Shown: positions 1-9,094 of the stretch, piece by piece
Position numbering within the stretch: position 1 is the stretch's first letter
How the letters are laid out: every line of letters starts with the position of its first letter
Assembly (NCBI GenBank): GCA_009785175.1
Contig: WQWV01000001.1
Location: 1 to 58,962, forward strand
Direction of reading: 5' to 3'
DNA: 58,962 nt
Source: Alphaproteobacteria bacterium
GTDB taxonomy: Bacteria; Pseudomonadota; Alphaproteobacteria; Rs-D84; CACZYB01
Position numbers and translations under genes: made by a program
The notes under the pieces: model-generated
Told to the model about the DNA's origin: nothing
Database searches by the model: none
Seen by the model: the letters and a program-made list of their open reading frames with translations, nothing else

Positions 1-2
1 AC

Positions 3-740
3 ATGCGTCTTGCGTTTCCCTCTAAACGTCTGGAAGTCCGCCGCCAGATGGCGACCCAGATGTGGGATATGTTGGGACGTTATGGCACCGAGCCCGAGCA
101 TTTCAAACATATATTAAAGCACCATAAAAAATACCTCTCGATCTATAACGACGATATTCTCGAGCGACTCAAAGGAAGACCGTATATTGTCATCACTTCG
201 CACTCCGGCTCGATGGGACTTCTTTCGATTCCGTTTGCTCTTCATAAAATCCCGGGACATATAGTCTATAAGTTCCCGGGCAACAACCTCACCGCCGACA
301 TTACGCGCCGCACATTCGGCCAGGACATCGGCAACCTGAAGTTCATCAACAACAACACCGCCGGCGTGCGCGAGATGATGGCGGTGCTTCGGGACAAGGG
401 CGCGCTTTGCATAATCCCCGACCACCGTCTTGGCAAGGGCATTCCCACCAAATTTTTCGGCCGAAGCGTGCTTTCCCCCGGCGGCGCTGCGAAATTGGCC
501 GGCCACTTCGACTGCCCGATTTTACCGGTGCAAATCATCCGGCACGAAGGACTTAATCACTCTATAATATTCCACGAGCCTTTCCACGCCTCGAGAGGCC
601 GCGATGGCCGCACTGACGAGACGAAGACCACGCAAAGGATCAACGATGTCATCGAGGGCTGGATACGCGAAAACCCCGAGCAATGGTTCTGGGTCCACGA
701 CCGTTTCGGGATAAAGGGCAAGGTCCGCGATGCAAGGTAA
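3..740 (+). CDS. lipid A late acyltransferase family protein (LpxL/HtrB-like), 5' end outside window
   Basis: The ORF is open to the window edge. The C-terminal ENPEQWFWVHDRF is typical of the lauroyl/myristoyl acyltransferase family. It overlaps lpxC by 11 nt. Confidence 0.6.
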   Translation: MRLAFPSKRLEVRRQMATQMWDMLGRYGTEPEHFKHILKHHKKYLSIYNDDILERLKGRPYIVITSHSGSMGLLSIPFALHKIPGHIVYKFPGNNLTADITRRTFGQDIGNLKFINNNTAGVREMMAVLRDKGALCIIPDHRLGKGIPTKFFGRSVLSPGGAAKLAGHFDCPILPVQIIRHEGLNHSIIFHEPFHASRGRDGRTDETKTTQRINDVIEGWIRENPEQWFWVHDRFGIKGKVRDAR

Positions 741-1527
741 GACGATCGCGCATGAAATAGAACTCTCCGGCATCGGCACCCACTCGGGCAAAAATTGCAA
801 AGTCGTATTGAAACCAGCGCGCGAAGGAATTACAATAAACGATAAACAGTTGGGCATAAACCTCGCCTCCGCCACTTCCGGCTCGACAACTGTCAATGGG
901 TTGCAAACCATAGAACACTTGCTTGCCGCGATTCACATGCTTGGTATTACAGCAATAGATATAGAAGGCACCGGCGAAACGCCCATTTTCGACGGCTCCG
1001 CGCAACCGATAATAGAAAAGCTCCTTGAAATCGGCACGGTCGAAATTCCTACGCCCGGCAAAATCCTCAAAGTGAAAAAAGAAGTCGTCTTTGAAAACAA
1101 GCACGGCCGCGTGTCGCTATCCCCCGCGGATAAATTGACCTTTGACATAGAAATAGATTATCCCGACATCGCCGCCATCGGCAAAATGAAAGTCTGCTCC
1201 TGCTTTGCGGACATGGATAAAATCCTTGAATCAAGAAGTTTCGCCAGACTAAGCGACATAGAACGCTGGCGCGCAGCCGGCATGGCGCTTGGCGCATCGC
1301 TTGAAACCGGCATAGGCCTTTCCGACACGGGCGAAGTCCTAAACCCCGAAGGACTTCGGGACGAGAAGGAATTCGTATACCACAAAATCCTCGACGCCGC
1401 CGGCGATTTGATGACCTGCGGCTATCCGGTCTGCGGCGCGTATAAAAGCGTGAAGGGCGGCCACGCGCACAACAACGGCCTTGTCCGCGCATTGATGGCC
1501 GATCCAAGCAATTATGAAATAATCTAG
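730..1527 (+). CDS. lpxC: UDP-3-O-acyl-N-acetylglucosamine deacetylase
   Basis: 265-aa ORF with [10 protein letters not shown] near the N-terminus and [10 protein letters not shown] and [10 protein letters not shown] motifs characteristic of LpxC. Confidence 0.85.
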   Translation: MQGKTIAHEIELSGIGTHSGKNCKVVLKPAREGITINDKQLGINLASATSGSTTVNGLQTIEHLLAAIHMLGITAIDIEGTGETPIFDGSAQPIIEKLLEIGTVEIPTPGKILKVKKEVVFENKHGRVSLSPADKLTFDIEIDYPDIAAIGKMKVCSCFADMDKILESRSFARLSDIERWRAAGMALGASLETGIGLSDTGEVLNPEGLRDEKEFVYHKILDAAGDLMTCGYPVCGAYKSVKGGHAHNNGLVRALMADPSNYEII

Positions 1528-1529
1528 CC

Positions 1530-1558
1530 CTTGAAAAAAGTTCAAATCAACCCTATAT
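1530..1558 (+). promoter_or_regulatory. sigma32-type heat-shock promoter candidate for dnaJ
   Basis: CCCTTGAAA (CTTGAAA at 1530-1536), 15 nt, then CCTATAT at 1552-1558, about 10 nt before the dnaJ ATG. The same boxes and spacing occur before dnaK. Confidence 0.5.
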
Positions 1559-1568
1559 AATTACCGCA

Positions 1569-2687
1569 ATGGCCAAACAGGATTATTATGACCTCTTAGG
1601 AGTAAAAAAAGGCGCCTCTGAATCAGAGCTAAAATCCGCATACCGCAAAAAGGCTATGCAGTTCCACCCCGATAAAAACCAGGGCGACAAGGCGGCCGAG
1701 GAAAAGTTCAAGCAAATAAACGAGGCCTATGAGGTCCTAAAGGACCCGCAAAAGAAATCCGCCTACGACCAGTTCGGGCACAGCGCGTTCGAGCAGGGCA
1801 TGGGCTCGAAACACGGGGGCGGAGGCTTCGGCGGCGGTGGATTTGGCTCGGGCGGCTTCGACTTCAACTTCGACGCCGGCGGTTTCGGCGATATGTTCAG
1901 CGATATATTCTCGGATTTCATGGGCGGCGGCCGGCGACAATCCAAATCCGCGGCGCGCAAGGGCGACGACCTGCGCTACGACCTTCGCATAACGCTAAAA
2001 GAAGCCTTCACCGGCCTAAACAAAACCATTTCGTTCAGGCGCAAGGGCAAATGCAAAACCTGCGACGGCAAGGGCGGCGAGGGCAAACAAACCTGCACCC
2101 GCTGCCACGGTTCGGGCGTTATAAACAAGCAAAGCGGATTTTTCATGACGCAGCAGGCCTGCCCCGAATGCAACGGCCTTGGCGCGACGTTCAAAAAGAC
2201 ATGCAACTCCTGCGGCGGCACGGGCGTGGGATTCGAGGATAAAACTATCACGGTAAAAATCCCGGCCGGCGTAGAATCCGGCTCCCGCCTGCGCGTTGCG
2301 GGCGAAGGAGAGTCTGGACTTGCGGGTGCACCTTCCGGCGACCTTTATGTTTATATCGCGGTATCTGCGAACGAGGAATTCGAGCGCGCCGGCTCCGACC
2401 TCCTCACAAACCTAAATATTTCCTTCGCAACCGCGGCGCTTGGCGGCACGGTCGAGGCGGATACCATCGACGGCAAAAAAATCGACGTGAAGATACCGCG
2501 CGGCTCACAATTCGGCTCGCGTCTCCGCATTCGCGGCTATGGCATGCCGATCATCGGCCGTACCGACCAAAGGGGCGATATGTATCTAAACCTCGAGATC
2601 GAGGTGCCCGCGAAATTGACCTCGGAACAAGAGAAGCTTTTGCGCGAATTCGACGCCGCCGGCGGCAAAAAAAAGTCCTGGTTTTAA
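1569..2687 (+). CDS. dnaJ: molecular chaperone DnaJ
   Basis: J-domain with HPDKN, a Gly/Phe-rich linker, four CxxCxGxG zinc-finger repeats and a C-terminal substrate domain. Confidence 0.95.
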   Translation: MAKQDYYDLLGVKKGASESELKSAYRKKAMQFHPDKNQGDKAAEEKFKQINEAYEVLKDPQKKSAYDQFGHSAFEQGMGSKHGGGGFGGGGFGSGGFDFNFDAGGFGDMFSDIFSDFMGGGRRQSKSAARKGDDLRYDLRITLKEAFTGLNKTISFRRKGKCKTCDGKGGEGKQTCTRCHGSGVINKQSGFFMTQQACPECNGLGATFKKTCNSCGGTGVGFEDKTITVKIPAGVESGSRLRVAGEGESGLAGAPSGDLYVYIAVSANEEFERAGSDLLTNLNISFATAALGGTVEADTIDGKKIDVKIPRGSQFGSRLRIRGYGMPIIGRTDQRGDMYLNLEIEVPAKLTSEQEKLLREFDAAGGKKKSWF

Positions 2688-2807
2688 TTAATCAAGTATG
2701 CATAAACTTTCTAGCTCGCCCGCCCTGCTCGGCGTCCTGGACTGGCTCGAAATCGCGAAGAATTTTTTCCATAGACAAGCTCCCTTCCCCAAAGTATAAT
2801 TCCCTAC

Positions 2808-3611
2808 ATGAGTATCAAAGTCCAAGATTTCGAAGTCCGTCTTGCCAAAGATGAAAGCGAACGCCGCCGCGTCCGGCAGCTTCGCTATGACGTTTATATA
2901 AGGGAAAACGATGGTATCCCTACGCCCGAGATGGCTGCGCTCAAAGAGGAGTTCGACAGCTTCGACGAACACGCGAAATATATGGTTGTGCTTCACAAGG
3001 ACGAGATCATCGGCTGCTATCGCATAATCGACCGCGAGATCGCCGCCAAGACCGGGTTCTACACCGAAACCGAATACGACATTTCCAAAATCAAGGCGGT
3101 CAAGGGCAACATAGCCGAAATGTCCCGGGCGCTCGTGCGCGAAGATTATAGGGATACGTTCGCGATGCAGATGCTCTGGCTCGGCCTTGGCGACTACATA
3201 CGCCGCGAGAAGGTCATAGTCCTCTTCGGCCTCGGCTCCTTCGGCGGCATAGACCCGAACGCGCACGCGGATCAGATTTCATACCTATACCACAAATTCC
3301 TATCGCCCGAGAATCTTCGTGCCACCGTCCGCGCTGACCTTATGGATCCAAGTGTCGACAAAGCGCTCACGAAAATGGACATGCTGCCGATGGATAAAAT
3401 CGACGAGGAAGAAGTGAAGAAAAACCTCCCTGCGCTGATCAAGGGCTACCTGCGCGTAAACGCCACCTTCGGCGATGGCGTGTTCATCGACGTTCCGTGC
3501 AACCTCTCGGATATTTTCCTGATTGTGGAATCAAGCAAGATCAGTCCGGCCTATCAGAAACGCTTCGGCGGCGCGCCCGACGCATTTGCCAACCTTAAAA
3601 CGGAGTTTTGA
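2808..3611 (+). CDS. olsB: GNAT-type N-acyltransferase, ornithine-lipid synthase OlsB-like
   Basis: 267-aa hemolysin-like/acyl-ACP N-acyltransferase-type sequence. A PlsC-type acyltransferase follows 1 nt downstream, which is the olsB-olsA arrangement. Confidence 0.55.
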   Translation: MSIKVQDFEVRLAKDESERRRVRQLRYDVYIRENDGIPTPEMAALKEEFDSFDEHAKYMVVLHKDEIIGCYRIIDREIAAKTGFYTETEYDISKIKAVKGNIAEMSRALVREDYRDTFAMQMLWLGLGDYIRREKVIVLFGLGSFGGIDPNAHADQISYLYHKFLSPENLRATVRADLMDPSVDKALTKMDMLPMDKIDEEEVKKNLPALIKGYLRVNATFGDGVFIDVPCNLSDIFLIVESSKISPAYQKRFGGAPDAFANLKTEF

Positions 3612-3612
3612 T

Positions 3613-4425
3613 ATGGATGCGCTAAGGTTGATCTCGGCCTCTATACGCTTCGTCATAGTCTGGATAGTAATACTGATTTTCGCCCTAACTCTTGTGGCGG
3701 TTCCGAAACGCAACGCCTTCGGCCCGGCATATCTTAAGTTCTTCATGAACATTATGATGTATATTACGGGAATACGTGCCAAGGTTCACGGCAAACTTAC
3801 TAACGAACGCCCGCTTTTGATAGTAAGCAACCACATGTCTATCCTTGACATCGGTATAATAGCGATGCTTTTCGGCAACGGATTTTTCGCCAAACGCGAG
3901 CTTCGCAAACTACCGCTTATCGGCTATATGATGGACAAGTTCGGCACGATCTTCGTCGACCGCCGCCCGTCCTACGCCGCCCGCTCGAATGAAAAGGTGA
4001 AGAAACAGATGAAGGTCGCCACCTGGCCCATGGTTATATTTCCCGAGGGGACGACCACGAACGGCTCGTATGTGAAACCGTTCAAATCGACGCTGTTTAA
4101 TTTCCTTGAAAAAGATGGACGGGTCGAGGGCGCGACGATCCAACCTGTGGTGCTTGCCTATCGCACGCCGGGAGGCAGGAAGATAAGCGACGCTGATTTG
4201 GCCGAGCATTACGCCTATTTCGATAACGCGAAACAGGACGAGGGCCCGCATTGCAGCAAAGAGCGCACGATCTTCGGCCTTCTTTTCCACATCATGGCTA
4301 TGGGCGGAATCCTGGCCGAAGTATATATCTTGCCGACCACGCCGCTTGATGGTTTGAAGAATAGGAAAGAGCTTGCCACGAAACTCCAAAAAATCGTTGC
4401 GGACGAATACCGCAGGGTAAAGTAA
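3613..4425 (+). CDS. olsA: lyso-ornithine lipid / 1-acyl-glycerol-3-phosphate O-acyltransferase (PlsC family)
   Basis: Internal ATG at 3613 (MDALRLI) just after the olsB stop. It has an N-terminal TM segment and the NHMSILD (NHxxxxD) and FPEGTTTNG motifs. Confidence 0.6.
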   Translation: MDALRLISASIRFVIVWIVILIFALTLVAVPKRNAFGPAYLKFFMNIMMYITGIRAKVHGKLTNERPLLIVSNHMSILDIGIIAMLFGNGFFAKRELRKLPLIGYMMDKFGTIFVDRRPSYAARSNEKVKKQMKVATWPMVIFPEGTTTNGSYVKPFKSTLFNFLEKDGRVEGATIQPVVLAYRTPGGRKISDADLAEHYAYFDNAKQDEGPHCSKERTIFGLLFHIMAMGGILAEVYILPTTPLDGLKNRKELATKLQKIVADEYRRVK

Positions 4426-4427
4426 AC

Positions 4428-5576
4428 TTAAACCATTAACTTATAAATTGCGACAACATCATCTTCACGCAAAGGCTTGAACCCTCCGATTGTCCCTTCG
4501 GGATTATACGGAACATTCTTAGCAAGATAAGCTATGTCTTCCGTCTTGCCGCCAAGCTCGGCGAAAGTGGTCGGCAAACCGACGCCGGCCCAAAACGATT
4601 TCAACGCCTCTATACCGGCCATACCGTTCGCCACACCGAAAACATTGCGGGCAAGACGCTCGAACCGCGCCGTATCGTGCGCCAAGACATACTTCATATA
4701 TGCGGGAAATACTACGGCAAGCCCCGCTCCGTGCGCGACGTCGTAAAGCGCGCTAAGCTCGTGCTCCATCATGTGGCTGGCCCAATCCTGTGCCCGTCCT
4801 ACGCCAACGATATTGTTGTGCCCGACCATTCCCGCCCACATAAGATTGGCCTGCGCCTCGTAATCCGCAGGATTGGCGACCGCACGCGGCAGAGCGATTA
4901 TAACGGCGCGCAATAATGCTTCGATAAGTTGGTCGGTAGTTTCGACGCCGCGCGTGTTGGTAAGGTAGCGCTCGAGGAGGTGCGCCATAATGTCCGCCCC
5001 TCCGCACGCGACCTGATACGGCATAAGCGTGGCGGTAAGCGCGGGGTTAAGCACGGCAAATTTCGGGCATATAAGCTCGCTGTCCGCACATCGCTTAAGC
5101 CTGCCGTTTTCGAACGATACCACCGAGTTTATGGAACCCTCGCTTCCGGCTGCGGATATGGTAAGAACTACGCCAAGCCCAAGCGCCGAAACGGGCTTCA
5201 CGCCCTTAAAGTAAAAATCGGACAAATCTCCGTTGTATGGAACGCCAAGCGCAATGCCTTTCGCGGAATCGATAACGGACCCTCCGCCCACGGCAATTAT
5301 GAAATCGCATCTTTCGCGCCGCGCAAGCTCTATGCCGGTTTGAACAAGCTCGGCACGCGGATTCGGAAGAACTCCGCCAAGCTCGGCACATGCTATTCCT
5401 GCGGATTCAAGCGAAGCCTTAATGCGCTCCAACAAACCCGACGCAATAGCCGATTCCTGCCCGTAATGGATAAGGGCTTTTTTCGCGCCGAAACGCTTTG
5501 CAAGCGCGCCTGCATTTTCCTCCTGTCCGCGACCGAACGCGAAATAGGTCGGCCTGTAAAATTCGAAATTATTCAT
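4428..5576 (-). CDS. iron-containing (group III) alcohol dehydrogenase, butanol dehydrogenase/YqhD-like
   Basis: 382 aa with the GGGSVIDSAK nucleotide-binding motif and His-rich metal site (HxxxH region HMMEHELSALYDVAHGAG). Confidence 0.85.
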   Translation of the reverse strand: MNNFEFYRPTYFAFGRGQEENAGALAKRFGAKKALIHYGQESAIASGLLERIKASLESAGIACAELGGVLPNPRAELVQTGIELARRERCDFIIAVGGGSVIDSAKGIALGVPYNGDLSDFYFKGVKPVSALGLGVVLTISAAGSEGSINSVVSFENGRLKRCADSELICPKFAVLNPALTATLMPYQVACGGADIMAHLLERYLTNTRGVETTDQLIEALLRAVIIALPRAVANPADYEAQANLMWAGMVGHNNIVGVGRAQDWASHMMEHELSALYDVAHGAGLAVVFPAYMKYVLAHDTARFERLARNVFGVANGMAGIEALKSFWAGVGLPTTFAELGGKTEDIAYLAKNVPYNPEGTIGGFKPLREDDVVAIYKLMV

Positions 5577-5585
5577 AGCGGGCTC

Positions 5586-7883
5586 CTATATAACAATATT
5601 CACGATCTTCCCCGGCACGAAAATCACCTTTTTCACAGGAGAAGTTATAAACTTCGCAACCGATTCCTCGACCATCGCCAACCGCTCCACCTCGGCCTGA
5701 TCCATATCGGCACCCACGGAAATTTCCGCGCGGCGCTTGCCGCCCACTTGAACGACATAGACGATTCCCTCGGCAGAGATATCGGCGGCATCGAATTCCA
5801 CCCACGACGCGAACGCGATCGATTCGGCATTGCCAAGCCGCTCCCAAAGCTCCTCGGCCAAATGCGGCGCGAAAGGCGAAAGCAGTTTCACGAAATCCGC
5901 GAACACGCTCTTGGCGACGCTATCCCCTTCTTCAAAAGCATTCAAAGCAATCATCAAAGCGGAAACCGCCGTGTTGAATTTCAAGGCATCGATTCTCTCC
6001 GACACGTCGCGCGCAGCCACGGCCAAAACCGAACGTTCCGCCACAGTCGCCGCCCTATCCTCCACACGCTCGGACAAAGCGGCCGCGCGTTTCAAAAAGC
6101 GGTGCACGCCGATCATGGATTCGGTGCTCCACGCCACAGCCTGATCATACGGACCTATGAACATCTCGTATACGCGCAAAGTATCCGCGCCGTATTCGGC
6201 GACGATGTCATTCGGGTTGATGACGTTGTTCTTGGATTTGCTCATCTTGACTCCGCCCTCGGCAAGAATCATTCCGTGCATTATGCGGCGCATGAACGGC
6301 TCGTCGTTCGGAATGAATCCGCCGTCGCAAAGCGCCTTGGACCAAAAGCGTGCGTAAAGTAGATGGCGCGTCGTGTGCTCCTGCCCGCCGTTATACAAAT
6401 CCACCTGGCCCCAATAGTCCATTGCCTCGCGCGAAGCGAACTCCCGATCGTTGTGCGCGTCCATATATCTAAGATAATACCAGCACGAGCCGGCCCACAT
6501 GGGCATAGTATCGGTTTCGCGTTTGGCCGCACCACCGCATGTGGGACACTTCGTGTTCACCCAATCCGCGACACGCGCAAGCGGCGACGAGCCATCATCC
6601 GTCGGCAAATAGTTGTCCACATGCGGCAATTTAAGTGGCAACTCGGATTCCGGCAACGGCACCCATCCACACATAGAGCAGTGAACCATAGGTATCGGCT
6701 CGCCCCAATAACGCTGGCGGGAAAATTGCCAGTCCTGCATCTTGTAATTTACCTTGCGCTCTCCGACCTTAAGGGCGTCATCCGGTGATAGCAGCTTTGT
6801 TTCCCCGAATTTTATTCCCATGGCGTTTGCGAATTCCCCGTCGCGCTCATCAAGGTCTGGCACAGCCATAATAGCTCCGGTGCCATAGCCGTAAAGCACA
6901 TAGTCGGCAGTATAAACCGGAATCTCCCGCCCGTTGTATGGATTTGTAGCGACAAGACCAGCAAGCGGCACGCCTGTTTTAACCTTGGTCTGCGAACGCT
7001 CGACATCTGTCCTGACCACCGCGGCGTTGACATAGCCGCACACCTCGTCCGAATTGTCAAAACCGCCACATAGGGGACCGAAACGCTCCAATACCTCTTC
7101 TGGCGATATCACCATGAACTCCACGCCGGCGATAGTGTCGGGACGGGTCGTGAAGACGCGAAGCGACCCACCTTTGCTAAGCGGGAATTCAACCTCCGCC
7201 CCCTCGCTGCGGCCAATCCAATCGATCTGCATTTTCTTTATGTTCTCAAGGAAGTCCACGCGGGACAGCCCTTCGATAAGCCTGTCGGAATAGGATTGCA
7301 TCTTAAGCGACCATATTTCTCGCGTCTTCTTTTCGACCTCGGCATCGCAGCGCTCGCACCGTCCGGCCTCAAGCTCCTCGTTGGCGATTCCGATTTTGCA
7401 TTTGGGACACCACCATACCTCGGTAGTTTCTTTATAGGCCAAACCCAGTTTGAATAACTGTATGAACTGCCATTGGGTCCAGCGGTAGTATTCCGGGCTT
7501 GACGTTATGACCTCGCGCTCCCACGCGAATGAGAAGCCAAGCGATTTCATCTGCGCCTTAAAGGTGGCGATGTTCTGTTCCGTAGCAACCTCGGGCCGGA
7601 TTCCGGTCTTGATGGCGTAATGTTCCGTAGGCAGGCCGAAGGAATCGAAGCCCATGGGATAAAGCACGTTGAACCCCTGCATTCTCTTGCGCCTGGCCAC
7701 TATGTCAAGGGCGGTATAGCCGCGCGGATGACCGACGTGAAGCCCGGCGCCGGACGGATATGGAAACTCGCACAAAGCATAGAACTTCTTCTTGCTCTTA
7801 TCGATTTTCGGGTTGAAAAGGCTCTTTTCCTCCCAATATTTCTGCCATTTTTTTTCGATTGCGTTAAAGTCGTAAGTGGTCAT
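5586..7883 (-). CDS. leuS: leucine--tRNA ligase
   Basis: 765 aa with HVGH (HIGH) and KMSKS motifs, CP1 editing motifs TTRPDT and YGTGAIMAVP, and zinc knuckle CPKC...CERC. Confidence 0.95.
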   Translation of the reverse strand: MTTYDFNAIEKKWQKYWEEKSLFNPKIDKSKKKFYALCEFPYPSGAGLHVGHPRGYTALDIVARRKRMQGFNVLYPMGFDSFGLPTEHYAIKTGIRPEVATEQNIATFKAQMKSLGFSFAWEREVITSSPEYYRWTQWQFIQLFKLGLAYKETTEVWWCPKCKIGIANEELEAGRCERCDAEVEKKTREIWSLKMQSYSDRLIEGLSRVDFLENIKKMQIDWIGRSEGAEVEFPLSKGGSLRVFTTRPDTIAGVEFMVISPEEVLERFGPLCGGFDNSDEVCGYVNAAVVRTDVERSQTKVKTGVPLAGLVATNPYNGREIPVYTADYVLYGYGTGAIMAVPDLDERDGEFANAMGIKFGETKLLSPDDALKVGERKVNYKMQDWQFSRQRYWGEPIPMVHCSMCGWVPLPESELPLKLPHVDNYLPTDDGSSPLARVADWVNTKCPTCGGAAKRETDTMPMWAGSCWYYLRYMDAHNDREFASREAMDYWGQVDLYNGGQEHTTRHLLYARFWSKALCDGGFIPNDEPFMRRIMHGMILAEGGVKMSKSKNNVINPNDIVAEYGADTLRVYEMFIGPYDQAVAWSTESMIGVHRFLKRAAALSERVEDRAATVAERSVLAVAARDVSERIDALKFNTAVSALMIALNAFEEGDSVAKSVFADFVKLLSPFAPHLAEELWERLGNAESIAFASWVEFDAADISAEGIVYVVQVGGKRRAEISVGADMDQAEVERLAMVEESVAKFITSPVKKVIFVPGKIVNIVI

Positions 7884-7906
7884 TTTTATATCCCTATTTT
7901 CTCGAC

Positions 7907-8027
7907 GAACTTGTCAAATTCAAGCGATTACGAAGGTTTGGAGTAAAAATTAAAAAGAAAGCGTATTTGGACATACGAGCTTTTTAATTTCTATGAAAAC
8001 CAAGTAGGCGCCGGATTTCACAAGTTC
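7907..8027. repeat. nested-palindrome intergenic element, copy A
   Basis: Terminal arms GAACTTGTCAAATTC / GGATTTCACAAGTTC, an inner AT stem AAATTAAAAAG / CTTTTTAATTT and an apical CGTAT..ATACG hairpin. It is related to the copies at 18883, 38251 and 45603. Confidence 0.7.
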
Positions 8028-8082
8028 CCGCAATTATATAAAAACCATTCCCGCTTTACAAGGTATTTTTGAAATGATATAA

Positions 8083-9093
8083 TTGATGCCCATGGGGAAT
8101 AAGAAATTTATCATCATCGCCGTAGTCGCGCTGCTTGTGGCGTGGTTTATCATCGGCACCCTTAGGGGACCCGCGCCCGCACCGCAAACGCGCGAACCCC
8201 GCCTTATGAACGTTCGTATCGAGCGCACGATAAACGTTCCCACTATGGCCACAGTGGTCATTTTCGGCGAAGCGCGCGCGAACGATCGGTTCGAGATAAA
8301 GTCGCGCTTGGCGGGCACGCTTGAACGCCGTCCCAAGGCCAAAGGCGCGCCGGTAAAAAAGGGCGAAGTTGTCGCCCGCATGGGGATCGAGGACCGCGAT
8401 GCCAACTTCAAACGCGCCGAGGTCGAATACGAAACCGCGAAAAAACTTTTTGCCGAAGGGTTGATTTCCCGCCTTGAACATATCACTGCCAAAGCCAACT
8501 ACGAACGCGCACGCCATGATATCGAGCACACGATTATCCGCGCTCCTTTCGATGGCGTCGTGGGTCCTATACACTTTTCAGAAGGCGCGTATGTTCCCGC
8601 CAACACCGAAATCGGCCTTGTGCTTAATCTGAACACTATCAAAGTCATAGCCGAAGTGCCCGAACGCCATATCGCCAGCTTGAAACTAGGTGCTATCGCA
8701 ACTATCGAAATCCCAGGCCGCAAGCCGTTTACCGCGCCGATAGTATACATAGCGCCGACGGCCAATCCGGCGACCCGCACCTTTCCCATCGAGCTTGCGG
8801 TAAAAAATCCAGGCGGGATACAGGACGGCATGACCGCCGAAATCAAACTACCGCTTGGCACCGTCGAAGCATCGCTTATCCCGAATACGTCAAGCCTTAC
8901 GTTCGATGAAGAGGGCAACGTCGGACTAAAGGTCGTGGTGGAAAACGACCTGGTGAAATTCTATCCCGTCGAACTTGTCAAAGAGGACGAAGACGGCCTT
9001 TGGATAACCGGCCTGCCTTCGCCTGCATACGTCATCACGCACGGCCAGGAATTTGTGCGCCAAGGCGAGCGTGTCGCGACGAAAAGGGATTGA
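8083..9093 (+). CDS. efflux RND transporter periplasmic adaptor (membrane fusion protein)
   Basis: N-terminal TM anchor and HlyD/AcrA-like lipoyl and beta-barrel segments. It ends 1 nt before the RND pump gene. The start may be the ATG at 8086 or 8092. Confidence 0.8.
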   Translation: MMPMGNKKFIIIAVVALLVAWFIIGTLRGPAPAPQTREPRLMNVRIERTINVPTMATVVIFGEARANDRFEIKSRLAGTLERRPKAKGAPVKKGEVVARMGIEDRDANFKRAEVEYETAKKLFAEGLISRLEHITAKANYERARHDIEHTIIRAPFDGVVGPIHFSEGAYVPANTEIGLVLNLNTIKVIAEVPERHIASLKLGAIATIEIPGRKPFTAPIVYIAPTANPATRTFPIELAVKNPGGIQDGMTAEIKLPLGTVEASLIPNTSSLTFDEEGNVGLKVVVENDLVKFYPVELVKEDEDGLWITGLPSPAYVITHGQEFVRQGERVATKRD

Positions 9094-9094
9094 T

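Noticed and set aside
4929-6362. 477-aa plus-strand ORF
   Set aside because: It is antisense to the alcohol dehydrogenase and leuS genes. Its Arg/Gly/His-rich low-complexity translation is typical of shadow ORFs in GC-rich coding DNA.
5586-7883. LeuS is short (765 aa): could the CP1 editing domain be missing?
   Set aside because: The editing-domain landmarks TTRPDT and YGTGAIMAVP...ERD are present. The shortening appears to be spread over peripheral insertions and the C-terminal domain, so no editing-deficient claim is made.
9053-9094. Upstream extension of the RND pump ORF (start at 9053)
   Set aside because: The extension overlaps the adaptor gene and encodes no pump sequence. The ATG at 9095, 1 nt after the adaptor stop, gives the canonical MNIVDW... 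N-terminus.
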